From NCBI RefSeq assembly GCF_004010195.1, contig NC_057751.1, positions 16,979,585-17,043,584 on the forward strand: a DNA stretch of 64,000 bases. Direction: 5' to 3'. The notes under the pieces were generated by a model that saw only the letters and a program-made list of their open reading frames with translations, did not search any database and was not told the DNA's origin. The position numbers and the translations under genes are program-made. The DNA is from Chiloscyllium plagiosum. Taxonomy: Eukaryota. Below are positions 36,925 through 49,942 of this stretch, piece after piece; the first letter of the stretch is position 1, and each line of letters opens with the position of its first letter.

Positions 36925-38125
36925 CTCAGATTATCTTGTATGTCTCTGTTAAGTCCCCTCTCAACCTTCTCCTCTCTAACGAAAACAGCCTCAAGTCCCT
37001 CAGCCTTACCTCATAAGACCTTCCCTCCCATACCAGGCAACATCCTGGTAAATCTCCTCTGAACCCTTTCCAAAGCTTCCACATCCTTCCTATAATGCGG
37101 TGACCAGAACTGTACGTAATAATCCACGTGCGGCCGCACCAGAGTTTTGTACAGCTGCAGCAGGACCTCATAACTCCGAAACTCAGTCCCTCTCCCAATA
37201 AAAGTTAACACACCACATACCTTCTTAACAACCCTGTCAACCTGGGTGGCAACTTTCAGGGATCTGTGTACATGGACTCCGAGATCTCTCTGCTCATCTA
37301 CACTACCAAGAATTTTAGCCCAGTATTCTGCATTCCTGTTACTCCTTCCAAAGTGAATCACCTCCCACTTTTCCGCATTAAACGCCATTGGCCACCTCTC
37401 AGCCCAGCTCTGCAGCTTATCTATGTTCCTCTGTAAACCTACAACATCCTTCAGCAATATCCACAACTCTACCGACCTTAGTGTCATCCACAAATTTGCT
37501 AACCCATCCTTCTTCGCCCTCATCCAGGTCGTTTATAAAAATGACCAACAGCAGTGGCCCCAAAACAGATCCTTGCAGTACCCCACTAGTAACTGAACTC
37601 CAGGATGAACATTTCCCATCAACCACCACCCTCTGTCTTCTTTCAGCTAGCCAATTTCTGAACAACATCCGCTAAGTCACCCTCAATCCTATGCCTCCGT
37701 AGCCTACCATGGGGAACCTTATCAAACGCCTTACTGAAATCCATGTACACCACATTAACCACTTTACTCTTATCCACCAGGAGACTGAGTGGGGGGGGGG
37801 TGAGGCATTTTTGCATTAGAGGCACGCAGTATTTTTCCCAGGGTTGGGGAATCAGCCACTCTGGAAGGGCATCAGTTTAAGGCGAGAGGGGCGAGAATAT
37901 AAGGGAACCTGAGGGGCAACTGTTTGTACACGGAGGGTGGCACGCAGGTGGAATGAGCAAGTGGTTGAGGCGGGTACAATGGTGCCAGTTGAAAGGCATT
38001 CGGACAAGTACATGGGTAGGAAAGGCTGAGAAGGATGTGGGGCAGGGACATGGGGTTAGCGTGGGCGGCCATTTTGGTCGGCATGGACCGGTTTGGCCCG
38101 TTTCCGTGCTGTGGGGACCCCGTGA
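36925..38125. mobile_element. CR1 RT fragment (-, 36925-37775) and degenerate CR1 tail (+, about 37820-38125)
   Basis: [53 protein letters not shown]. Confidence 0.88.
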
Positions 38126-38794
38126 CTAAATATTTTTGCCACGCTTTCTTCTTATTCGTTCACAGGATGTGGGGGTGAGAGTCACTAGCATTTATTGGCC
38201 ATCCCCCAGAGGGCGATTAAGTGCTGACCACAGGGGCTGGAGTGGCAGATAGGCCCAGACCAGGCCGTTTCCCTCCCGAAAAGGCAGGGTCATGGCCCAG
38301 CGTCCTCCCCCCCCCATCCCCGAACGTGTGCCGCTTTCGAATTCAGGCCCAGCAGGATTTAAGACCATTCCCAATAGGGTTCAGGTCCCCGGAAAGCTGC
38401 CAGGGTGAAGAGTCTAGCGGCACTGCTGAGAGAGCGGCAACCCTGGGCCGTGACTGTTAACATGAGCCGCGCTTCGGTGGAGCGTCGGTGACCGTTGAGG
38501 GAAAACTGGGAGCGGTGGAACCGCACACCAATGCTGGCGGGTGTAGTCCAGTGACCCCTGTTCAGTACAGTCACAGAAACGTCAGGTCTCTCTCTCTCTC
38601 TCTGCCTCCAGCAATGCCCAACTATCGTCTGCGCTTTGATCAGCGTGGACCGGGGGCTCCAGAATTTGTCCCCATCGGTATTCCCGAAGGAAGACTGAGA
38701 CGTGCAGGGCGGCTGCAGCCCAGTTGCCTTTGAGTTTGTCCCTTGGCTGGGTTTTGTCTAACCTTCTAACCTCGAATCTGATGTTTGACTCAGT

Positions 38795-38917
38795 CACGTA
38801 GTGGGTTTTGAGAAGATTTGGAGCTCAACTTGAGGTTCTGGATGTAGGTTTGCTCGCTGAGCTGGAAGGTTCGTTCCCAGACGTTTCGTCACCCGACTAG
38901 GTCACATCCTCAGTGGG
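38795..38917 (-). mobile_element. Penelope terminal repeat with minimal hammerhead motif (38876-38917)
   Basis: Minus strand CCCA-CTGAGGA-T-GTGACCT AGTC GGGTGAC-GAAAC-GTC-TGGG. Same family as 3635-3745. Confidence 0.75.
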
Positions 38918-38939
38918 TGAATCACTTAACGTTACTCAA

Positions 38940-39340
38940 ATCTCCAACACCAGTGTTATGGAAACTTATAAATAATAATCACACAACACCAGGTTATAGT
39001 CCAACAGGTTTAATTGGAAGTCACTCATGTGACTCAGCCAACGTTGTCTATAATACACGTTGCAGGCAAGGATGCCCGGAGGCATGGTACATGGGGAAAC
39101 CGAGCAAAGGCCACGACAACTGATGAATGGGCACCGCACAACAATCAACAGACAGGAGGGTTCCCTCCCAGTTGGGGAACACTTCAGTGGTCCAGGACAT
39201 TCAGCCTCGGACCTTCGGGTGACCATCCTCCAAGGTGGACTTCGGGACAGGCAGCAGAGGAAAGTGGCCGAGCAGAGGCTGATAGCTAAGTTCGGTACCC
39301 AAAGGGAGGGCCTCAACCGGGACCTTGGGTTCACGTCACA
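38940..39340 (+). mobile_element. Penelope-like GIY-YIG fragment with inverted terminal piece
   Basis: HSCDSANVVYNTRCRQGCPEAWY; MNGHRTTINRQEGSLPVGEHFSGPGHSASDLRVTIL. Confidence 0.88.
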
Positions 39341-39989
39341 ACACATACTCTCTCTCACACACACACAGATAGACACATGTGCACTCACACTCACTGACCC
39401 ACTCACACACACGCGCACAGACACAGACATACACACGTGCGGATACTATGTCAGATAAGCAGAATTCTGAAATACACAGACCCCCGGAGTGGATTCCAAT
39501 TCTCTGCAATCCTGTTCTCAGGTTGTTCTCTGAGTGGGGCTGAGTTCCCTCTCGATACACCCCTAACTCCAACCGAGTGCCCTAAACAGGAATAATAGGG
39601 TTACAGAGTCAGCGCGTGGGGGTGGGGGGGGGTTAAACACACAGTCTAATTTACACTCTCCGAAAATGCATTTCATTTTCAACCCTGTTGTGCTTTTAGA
39701 CTGCGTAGGTGTTGATTATTCACATAGCCAGAAACCTCGGTGCGATCGAATGAAGGAACGTTTTGAGATGCCACGTAGGAACTAGGGTGGGGCCCGTCAG
39801 CATATATTACACTGGGAGCCTCACTCCCTCTTAGCTTAGAGATCAGGAGTTCCCGACGCAATTCAATCAGTCCAACTCAACAATCTCAAAGTGGGACGCA
39901 CTTTATTCCTCCACGGGATCATCGATTATTTAACCTGCCTACCATTCGCTGTTCCAATGTGGTAACATCCTCATAAACACACCCTCAGC

Positions 39990-41185
39990 GGAGGTCAGTT
40001 CCATCCTGTCTGGATGTGTCCCGACCTGGTAACGGTGACTGTGTACCCATTCAAGGTCGGAGAGGGTTACAGAGAGTGGTGAACCTGGCACGGACACTCA
40101 CAAAGGCCAACCTCCCATCGATAGAATCCATCTCCCAGGCCCGCGGTCAGGGAAAGGCCGCCAGCATTCTCAAAGCTCCATCCCACCCTGGCAATGTTTT
40201 TCTACAGCCTCTACCATCGGGGGGAGAAGGTACAGAAGGCTGAACACACACACACACACACACCAGCCGGTTTAGGAACAGTTTCTACCCTACTGTTGTT
40301 AGAACACTGAATGGACTCGCAAACTCTTAACATTCGCCTGGACCTGTGTTTTTGCTGCTGTTTACCTAATATTTACTTATCAATGCTCCTTAACTCTGTG
40401 ATCTGCCTGTATTGCTCACTAAACAAAGCTTTTCACTGTGTCTCGGGACACGGGACAATAAATTCATTTCAATTCAATATTCCTCCAAGGGGCATAGAGA
40501 GAGTGGATAGCCAGAGAATTTCTCCCCAGGGCACCCCATCCAACACTCCCAGGACAGGCGGGGGAGTGAAGGTGATTGGAGGAAGGTTTCGGGGGAGATG
40601 TCAGAGGTCGGTTCTTTACACAGAGCGCGGTGGGAGTAGGGTCAGAACAGCAGAGGATCCTGGGATTGTATTCGTTAGCGTTCAGAAGGTTAAGGGGAGA
40701 TCTGATAGATACTTACACGATGGCTTAGAAAGGGTGGATGCTGGGAAGTTGTTTCCGTCAGGCAGGGGAGACGAGGACCCGTGGGCGCAGCCTTAGAATG
40801 AGAGGGGGTCAATTTAGAACGGAAACGAGGAGACGTTTCTTCAGCCAGAGAGTGGTGGGCCTGTGGAATTCATTGCCACGGCGCGCAGGGACATTAAACG
40901 TCTTCAAGGCAGAAATCGATAAATTCTTAAACTCGCAAGGAATTAAGGGATACAGGGAGAGTGGCGTCGAAATACCCATCAGCCATGATTGAATGGCAGG
41001 ATGTATTCGATGGGCTGAATGGCCTTACTTCCACACCTATGTCTTATGGTCTGAGAGACACTAAGGACATTTAAGCGACTCTTGGGTAGGCCCGTGGATG
41101 ACAGTACAATGAAAGGCTATGGAGGTTTGTCTGATCTTAGAGTAGGCTAAAAGATTGGTACAACATCGAGGGCCGAAGGACTGTT
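39990..41185 (+). mobile_element. Rex1/Babar 3' fragment (to about 40480) followed by CR1 3' fragments
   Basis: LQRVVNLARTLTKANLPSIESI...HPGNVFLQPLPSG; RRFFSQRVVGLWNSLP. Confidence 0.75.
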
Positions 41186-41689
41186 CAAATGTCTCAGGCT
41201 CTTATCGCAAGACATTTCAGCAGAGCTCGCCGCTGTTCGGCCGCGTGAATCGTCAGCCCTGACTTACGAGGGGTCATGTTTGACCGGGCCTGCTCAAAAC
41301 GCTCTCCGCGGGAGCTGGGGACCGGAACACCCAGTAGGGCAGGGAGACCTCTCTTCCCGAGGGGAGAAAGATTTGAAAAAGACGGGCAAATGTTTGACAC
41401 GGGGAGCGTGTGGGATGAACGTCTGGAGGTGGGATGAACGTCTGTTCAAGGGTTGGAGGGCTAGGGGCCAGGAACGGGCAGGCAGGACGAGTTGGGTTTG
41501 GGAGGACAGGACTGGTTGGGCCGAAAGGTCTGTTTCCCATGCTGGGTGTCTCTTATCAGGTCCCCTGTCCTCCCCCACCCCCCCCGCCCCCCACACCATC
41601 CCGCCTCTCCTCAGCTTTCCCTAAAGGGAACGATCTGAGTGGATTGGGAACCAGCAACCCCTCAAACAGGTGGACTGGTGAGGTATGTT

Positions 41690-42437
41690 ACACAGCACGA
41701 AAACAGACCCTTCGGCCCGACGTGTCCGTGCCCACCCCAGACATCCGAACCTAATCTAGTCCCTTACTAGTCCATATCCCTCCAAACTCTTCCTGTACAT
41801 TAAACCATCCAAATGCCTTATAAATGTTGCAATTGTACCAGCCTCCACCACATCCTCTGGCAGCTCATTCCATACCCGTACCACCCTCTGTGTGAAAAAG
41901 TTGCCCCTTAGGTCTCTTTTATATCTTTCCCCTCTCACCCTAAACCTATGCCCCTCTAGTTCTGGACTCCCCCACCCCAGGGAAATGACTNNNNNNNNNN
42001 NNNNNNNNNNNNNNNNNNNNNNNNNNNNNNNNNNNNNNNNNNNNNNNNNNNNNNNNNNNNNNNNNNNNNNNNNNNNNNNNNNNNNNNNNNNNTCCTGTAC
42101 TCAATACTCTGACCAATAAAGGAAAGCATACCAAACGCCGCCTTGACTATCCTATCTACCTGCGACTCCACTTTCAAGAAGCTATGAACCTGCACTCCAC
42201 GGTCTCTTTGTTCAGCAACACTCCCCAGGACCTTACCATTAAGTGTATAAGTCCTGGTAAGATTTGCTTTCCCAAAATGCAGCACCTCACATTTATCTGA
42301 ATTAAACTCCATCTGCCACTCCTCAGCCCATTGGCCCATCTGGTCCAGATCCTGTTGTAATCTGAGGTAACACTCTTCGCTGTCCACCACCCCTCCGATT
42401 TTGGGGTCATCTGCAAACTTACTAACTGTACCTTCCT
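41690..42437 (-). mobile_element. CR1/HER1 fragment spanning the N-gap at 41991-42092
   Basis: Same orientation on both sides of the gap. KFADDPKIGG...WQMEFNSDKC; FFTQRVVRVWNELP. Confidence 0.9.
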
Positions 42438-43299
42438 GTGGGAAAGGTTTCAGAAAGGAGTTCTGCTTTGATTGTGTCACATTCTGTTCGCGTCAACTTC
42501 AACGCACTGATTATTGTAGGTTGAAAGAGTTCAACAGGAGATGAAACCGTAACCGTAAAATCAGCCGTAACTCTGCCTGGAATTAATTCCGAAGGAAGCT
42601 AAATAAGCCCGTACCTGGGAACTGCAAGGGATCCGCCGCACCCTGGGGCCAGGGGCATTGAAACCACACCAGCAAACCTTTTTGCGGCCGCTCCATCTCT
42701 GTCACAAGTCCCAATTTGAGAGTACGCCAGAAGTTAACTGTCTTAAAACTTAACCCCCAACGCAGGGAGGGTAACCAACTGCGATGGTTTCTGCACGCAA
42801 GACGCCCAGAAAAAAAAATCGTCTAAGGTATCACATCGTGGAGCCGAAAGCAGGGAAATTTGTCAAAGATCGATGGATAGGTTTGTCACGGGTGGCCCCT
42901 GTGCAGTTGGAAGCTTGCAGGTAGCGAGCAAGGACAGAGAGACCCCGAAAAGACTTAGATTTATTCCCCCATCCCCCCCCCCCCCCACAATCTTTGGCAG
43001 GACACCAGCTCAGCTACAGGATTGGCTCCAAAGACAGAACTTATTCCGTAGCCAAGCTGAGCTGTGCGGTGGGACTCACCGACGTGGGAGGCCTCTTGAT
43101 GTGGCTACCACACGCAATTGCAGTGGAAATCATCTGTAATTGCCAGCGAGATCTCTGAATAAAGTCGCCACGTTAAAGGTAACTCGCGGTGACTCACCTG
43201 CGACAGGATTGAGTTTTAACAATCGCGTCTGTCTGTTTGCGGACGTGAACCTGCGTGGGATTTGTCACGGGGGCGTAGGCCGACAGAATCGTTCGGATC

Positions 43300-43582
43300 C
43301 CCCTGCAGCATGGCAACAGGCCCTTCGGCCCACACCGACCCTCCGAAGGGTAACCCGCCCAGACCCATTTCCCTCTGACCAGTGCACCTAACACTGCGGG
43401 CAATTCAGCCAATTCACCCTGACCGTGCTCATCGTTGGATTGTGGGAGAAAACCGAAGCAATCCCCACACAGAAACAGGCGGGAAAAAATGTGCAAACTT
43501 CAGAGAGTCACCTGAGCTGGGAATCGAACCTGGGGTCCCTGGCGCTGTGAGGCAGCGGCGCTAACCGCTGAGCCCCCGTGCC
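43300..43582 (-). mobile_element. HE1-type SINE (diverged)
   Basis: Reverse-complement tRNA head at the right, HER1-like tail at the left. Confidence 0.75.
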
Positions 43583-44095
43583 AATCCCCAGAGCCTGGCG
43601 TCCCAACCTGTTTGGCCATCCTCAGTCCCCAGGGATCAGCGTTGAGCTTGGGAAGGGTGGGCTTGGAGAATCAGAGTGAGTCTGGGACTGCAGTTGGAAG
43701 CCAGTTTGGGAAGGGGTGGTGGGGGGGCAACAATACTTTGAACTTCACCAAATGGTCAGCCTGTGACTTTTCCGGGCGTGACAGACTCATTGCTATCTGT
43801 CAGTCTCCATCGTTCATTCAGCCCGTTGCCCGTAAAATAATGGAACATTTGGCCCATTCGCGCTTGACCTTCCCAATTATCCAGCTGCTGGATGTCATCG
43901 GTCAAGGAAACATGAGGCATCCTTTTTCCATCCACTCCTGAGAACTGAAATGTTTTGGTGTCAAAACAATTCTGGTGAAAAGGACAGATTGTCCCATCCT
44001 GATCCTGATGGAGGAAACCCACACGGCTTGGGAAGAATGTGCAAACTCCACACAGACAGTTGCCCCGAGGCTGGGATCGAACCCTCCCCATCCAA

Positions 44096-44612
44096 CACAC
44101 ACGCACACACCCGCGCACACGCCCACACACCCACACGCTCACACACACACACACCCACACACACACCCACACCCCACACACACACCCACACACGCCACAC
44201 CCACACACCCCACACCCACCCACCCCACACACACACACCCCACCCACACACACCCCACACACACACACACCCCACACACACACCCAGACACATGCACACA
44301 TACTCACATTCACACAAGTAGCCCTGTGCAGACTGGAGACTGAGCCCCGTGCAGACTGGAGACTGAGCCCAATTCGGCCAGGAGACTGGGCCTGGTGCAG
44401 CCTGGAAACTGAGCCTTATGCAGACTGGAGCCTGAGCCCCGGGCAGACTGGAGACTGAGCCTGGTGCGGTCTGGAGAATGGGCATTGTGCGGTCTGGAGA
44501 CTGAGACCCCTGCAGACTGGAGATTGGGCCCCGTGCAGACTGGAGACTGGGCCTGGTGTGGACTGGAGACTGATCCCGGTGTGGCTTGCAGACCCGTTGC
44601 TGGCACAGACTA
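44096..44612. repeat. CA-rich microsatellite (to about 44315) then a 23-bp tandem repeat
   Basis: Unit approximately GCAGACTGGAGACTGAGCCCCGT, about 11-12 degenerate copies. Confidence 0.85.
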
Positions 44613-45039
44613 GGTCGTCAGGAACTGTAATTTGAATTCATTCTTTTTACGTCTTTAGCCTGCAGCTGGATTTTCATTTGTGATTCTTTGAACTTTGTAT
44701 CAAACGCTTAAGAATCTGTACGATGATATCTTGCAACTAAGATGGCACCATTAACAAGGACACTGCAAACTTTTCACTGCCACCGTTGTAGTGCAAGTGA
44801 CAATGAAGCCAATTCAACTGAAATGTGAGACAGTCACTGTATTTCATAACTTTTCCAAACAAATCTGCTTCTTGTGCTGTGGCCTGGGAATGCCAGCACA
44901 TGCACAGACACACATGCACACAGACACACACCCCCGCCCACACACACACATACAGACACACACCCCCGCCCACACACAGACACACATGCACACGCCATTC
45001 TCTCAATTGCCTCAGTCCCACTTTAACCGGTGCTTTCCA

Positions 45040-45390
45040 ATTCTGGTCTCCCAGACGCTGTGAAACTTGAAAGGATTCAGAAAAGATTTCCCAGGATGTT
45101 ACCAGGGTTGGAGGGTTTGAGCTACAGGGAGAGGCTGAAGGGATTGGGGCTGCTTTCCCTGGAGCGTCGGAGGCTGAGGGGGTGACTTTTACAGAGGTTT
45201 ACAAAATCCTGAGGGGGCATGGATAGGGTAAATAGACAAAGTCTTTTCGCCCTGGGGTGGGGGAGTCCAGAACTAGAGGGGCATAGGTTTAGGGTGAGAG
45301 GGGAAAGATATAAAAGGGAGCTGAGGGGCAACTTTTTCATGCAGAGGGTGTATGCAACGGGCTGCCAGAGGAAGTGGCGAAGGCTGGTAT
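45040..45390 (+). mobile_element. CR1 3' fragment
   Basis: Encodes LERIQKRFPRMLPGLEGLSYRERL. Confidence 0.85.
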
Positions 45391-46112
45391 AATCGGGAAG
45401 GGGTCAGCGGGATGTGCGCCAACTGGGGAGGGGGGCGAGATGGGTTTGGGAGATCCGGACAGGTCGAGGGAAAAGGGGTCGTGCTGCTGCAGGGAAACGC
45501 GGGGGAAGTGGCGAACCTGGAATGGGGAGGGGTGAGGCTGACTGGATCAAAGCTGACGAGAGAGGGGTAAGGAGAAGACCTCCTCTGGTTGAGGGCAGCG
45601 CGGAGCTGGAAGAAGTTGACAGGGCAGCTCAGGCAGAATTGCGGGCAAACCGGGCAGGAGCAGATCTGATAGACGCAGCTCGAGCGACGATGTGGGGGAG
45701 CCGCTGTCGGACTGGGGTGAACAGGAGTTTGAAAGGTAGGCCACGCCAAACCACGCAGATTTATTAGGAAGCACTAGCTTTCGGAGCACCGCTCCTTCGG
45801 CGAGGTGGGCCTGAAGCGAGATGGAAACAGGGGAGAGTGTTCCCTCTGGAGGGTTAAACCTGAAGCTAAGGGACGGAGCTTCAAGAATAAGGCGAGGGGA
45901 GCAGACTTGGGACTGAATTGGGGTGGGAGCTTAAACCTCGGTCAGGGGGCTCATCAAACCAGTTTGCAGGTTTAAGCGACTCAGAGTGCAATGAGGGTTA
46001 GTCAGATCTAAGGGGAGGGGAGTGGATGGAGGGGCTGAAGGGCCTGGCCTGTGCCATGTCCAACCATCGCAGGTTACACTCCAACAGGTTTATTTGCAAA
46101 TCCGTGACAGCA

Positions 46113-47096
46113 GCCAGCACAGAGTGGGGAGGGAGTCCCCCCCAGCAGGGAGCACAGAGTGAGGAGGGAGTCCCCCCCCAGCAGGGAGCACAGAGTGGGG
46201 AGGGAGTCCCCCCCAGCAGGGAGCACAGAGCGGGGAGGGAGTCCCCCCAGCAGGGAGCACAGAGTGGGGAGGGAGTCCCCCTCAGCAGGGAGCACAGTGG
46301 GGAGGGAGTCCCCCCCAGCAGGGAGCACAGAGCTGGGAGGGAGTCCCCCCCAGCAGGGAGTACAGAGTGGGGAGGGAGTCCCCCTCAGCAGGGAGTACAG
46401 AGTGGGGAGGGAGTCCCCCTCAGCAGGGAGCACAGAGTGGGGTGGGAGTCCCCCCAGCAGGGAGCACAGAGTGGGGAGGGAGTCCCCCCCAGCAGGGAGT
46501 ACAGAGTGGGGAGGGAGTCCTCCCCAGCAGGGAGTACAGAGTGGGGAGGGAGTCCCCCCCAGCAGGGAGCACAGAGTGGAGAGGGAGTCCCCCCCAGCAG
46601 GGAGCACAGAGTGGGGAGGGAGTCCCCCCCAGCAGGGAGCACAAAGTGGGGAGGGAGTCCCCCAGCTGGGAGCACAGAGTGGGGAAGGAGTCCCCCCAGC
46701 TGGGAGCACAGAGTGGGGAGGGAGTCCCCCCAGCAGGGAGCACAGAGTGGGGAGGGAGTCCCCCAGCTGGGAGCACAGAGTGGGGAGGGAGTCCCCCCAG
46801 CAGGAAGCACAGAGGGGGGAGGGAGTCCCCCCAGCAGGGAGCACAGAGTGGGGAGGGAGTCCCCCAGCAGGGAGCACAGAGTGGGGAGGGAGTCCCCCCA
46901 GCAGGAAGCACAGAGTGGGGAGGGAGTCCCCCAGCAGGGAGCACAGAGTGGGGAGGGAGTCCCCCAGCAGGGAGCACAGAGTGGGGAGGGAGTCCCCCCA
47001 GCAGGGAGCACAGAGTGGGGAGGCATTCCCCCCAGCAGGGAGCACAGAGTGGGGAGGGAGTCCCCCAGCAGGGAACACAGAGTGGGGAGGGAGTCC
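46113..47096. repeat. G-rich minisatellite, 32-35 bp unit, about 29 copies
   Basis: Unit CAGCAGGGAGCACAGAGTGGGGAGGGAGTC(C)4-7. Confidence 0.95.
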
Positions 47097-47244
47097 TGCG
47101 ATCTGAACGGCTTCCTGGAGTTTTGCCCTCAGGGTGCACATGACACTTCCCTTTCCCTTGTTTATAACTGACACCGAGACCAACAACACACACAGCAGCT
47201 GCTGACTCGGATCTGGGCGGACAGGAGGTCAGTGTTTCCCCCGG

Positions 47245-47744
47245 NNNNNNNNNNNNNNNNNNNNNNNNNNNNNNNNNNNNNNNNNNNNNNNNNNNNNNNN
47301 NNNNNNNNNNNNNNNNNNNNNNNNNNNNNNNNNNNNNNNNNNNNNNNNNNNNNNNNNNNNNNNNNNNNNNNNNNNNNNNNNNNNNNNNNNNNNNNNNNNN
47401 NNNNNNNNNNNNNNNNNNNNNNNNNNNNNNNNNNNNNNNNNNNNNNNNNNNNNNNNNNNNNNNNNNNNNNNNNNNNNNNNNNNNNNNNNNNNNNNNNNNN
47501 NNNNNNNNNNNNNNNNNNNNNNNNNNNNNNNNNNNNNNNNNNNNNNNNNNNNNNNNNNNNNNNNNNNNNNNNNNNNNNNNNNNNNNNNNNNNNNNNNNNN
47601 NNNNNNNNNNNNNNNNNNNNNNNNNNNNNNNNNNNNNNNNNNNNNNNNNNNNNNNNNNNNNNNNNNNNNNNNNNNNNNNNNNNNNNNNNNNNNNNNNNNN
47701 NNNNNNNNNNNNNNNNNNNNNNNNNNNNNNNNNNNNNNNNNNNN
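47245..47744. other. Assembly gap of exactly 500 N
   Basis: N run counted from line coordinates. Confidence 0.97.
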
Positions 47745-48234
47745 AGTGTGTGTCTGTGCGTGTGTGTCTCTGTGCGTGTGTGTCTGTGCGTGTGTGACAC
47801 TGTGCGTGTGCGTGAGAGTGTGCAACAGCTTCCCTTTACCCCCACCCTCCCAGTCCCCCTCAACCCACAATCCTGTGCAGCCCGGGTGAAGGGCGGGGCA
47901 CCCCAGAGCACCCTGGGAATGGCCACAACGAACGTCCCAGAGAGAGAGAGAGTGTCACCCCCTCACCAGGGCCAGGTGTTCGGGACCCCCCCCCCCTCCC
48001 AAACCTCCCCTCAGCTCCAGGTGCAACAGAGCAAGGCTTGGGGGGGTGCACAGGCTGGTGGTCCAGGAGGGCCACACGTTGGCATCAGTTATGTCAAAAA
48101 CATCTCTTGCCTCCTCCCACCGGCCAGGCCCTCACCCTGAGAGGCTGGGAGCTCCGAGTCGGCTCATCTCCCAGAGAACAGTCCATGTTCCCGGCCATAG
48201 CAGACGGAGTTAAAATGCGGGATACTTCACATCA

Positions 48235-48880
48235 CGGGCAGGTCCTGGGGAATGTTGCTGAACAGAGAGACCTTGGAGTGCAGGTTCATAGCTCCTTGAA
48301 AGTGGAGTCGCAGGTCGATAGGATAGTGAAGAAGGCGTTTGGTATGCTTTCCTTTATTGGTCAGAGTATTGAGTACGGTGTTGGGAGGTCATGTTGCGGC
48401 TGTACAGGACATTGGTTAGGCCGCTGTTGTGTGCAATTCTGGTCTCCCTGCTACAGGAAGGATGTTGTGAAAGGGTGCAGAAACGATTGACAAGGATGTT
48501 GGAGGATTTGAGCTACAGGGAGAGGCTGGGGGCTGTTTTCCCTGGAGCGTCGGAGGCTGAGGGGGGGGGGGGGGGTGACCTTTATAGAGGTTTATAAAAT
48601 GGTGAGGGGGCACGAATAGGATAACTAGGCAAGGTCTTTTCCCCTGGGGTGGGGGAGTCCAGAACTAGAGGGGAAAAGTTTTAGGGTGAGAGGGGGACCT
48701 GAGGGGCAACTTTTTCACGCAGAGGGTGGTACGTGTATGGAATGAGCTGCCAGAGGATGTGGTGGAGGCTGGAACAATTGCAACATTTAAGAGGCATTTG
48801 GATGGGTATATGAATAGGAAGGGTTTGGAGGGATATGGGCCGGGTGCTGGTAAATGGGGAGTAGATTGGGTTGGGATATC
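48235..48880 (+). mobile_element. CR1/HER1 3' fragment
   Basis: QRDLGVQVHSSLKVESQVDRIVKKAFGML; VRVWNELPEDVVEAG. Confidence 0.9.
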
Positions 48881-49928
48881 TGAAGTCAAGATGTTAGCCC
48901 AGATCCAATGGTCTCGGGGGGGTGAGGTGGGAGAGGTTAAAGGTGACAGAGTTCCCCTCCCCTTAATGGAAGTCGACCTGGGAGGGGTGTGCCAGCAGGG
49001 AATCGAGAAAGGACTGCTTTCTCCTCCTTCCAATGAGGATTTCAAATGGGATCATTCTGTACCTCCCAGGTGGGGGGAATGAAAAAGCCCAATTCTTGAC
49101 AGTTTCAACCTCTTCCAGATTTGGATTTTTCTGCATGGTGTCAGTTTCTTTTTGTTTTTGGGGTGGGGTTGGGAGAAATAGCAGCCAGGAAGGAAATTGG
49201 ATTAAACGTTTATCTAAATCCTGCCCCCCCCCCTCAACACCTCCCTCCAATAAATCCCTGGAAAGCTTGCAATTTTCTCACACAACTCGTCAAATATCCT
49301 GTCATTTCAGGTGAAATGTCCATGATAGCTGAGACAGGATAAGGTTTGTGAAATGAAAGGCAGTGGATTTTCCCTCTCCTCCTCCTGGTGGGGTGTTTTT
49401 TGTGTGTGTGTGTGTGAAGGGATGGGGAGGGAGGGTGAGGAAAGCCATCTGGAAATCAGGTGAACAAGAAACAACCCCCTTCCCTCTCAGCCTCCCATCT
49501 CCAAATATATATAAAGCTATCTCCCCCACCCAATCTCTCCCATCTCTGATCATCCTTACCTTCTGAAAGCCGGCGTTTCAGCGACTCAGATGCATTGCAG
49601 TCTTGCCCTGGTCTCCGCCCCTGTCATTTCTCCTGTGTGGGTGTGTGAACACAGCCCCTTTTCCCCTTCACCACACCTTCCCCCTCAGCTCTGCATGAGG
49701 GAGCATAGTGCTGAAGCTGAAATCTCTTCCTGCAGAAAGGCACACACACTCACCAGCTTTACAGGAGCCTCCCTCAGCTCTGTGAGGGAGTGCACCTCGC
49801 AGTCTAATACCCCCCTCCTCCTCCTCTTCAGCTGCCTGGACAAAGCCAACAGAAATCCTCTCTCTCTCTCTCTCTCTGTATCAGTCTGCAAAGAGCTTAT
49901 CTCTCTCTCACACATACACAGCCTTTGG

Positions 49929-49942
49929 GCGCCCTCTGCTGG
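49929..49942 (-). promoter_or_regulatory. Candidate CTCF site
   Basis: Minus strand CCAGCAGAGGGCGC is a close match to the CTCF consensus, in unique sequence. Confidence 0.55.

Noticed and set aside
46026..47193. Long ORFs of 213-381 aa on both strands
   Set aside because: Translations of a stop-free minisatellite; no domain or splice context.
24538..49942. Convergent CTCF pair forming a loop
   Set aside because: Motif-only evidence, and relative orientation is unreliable across two scaffold gaps.
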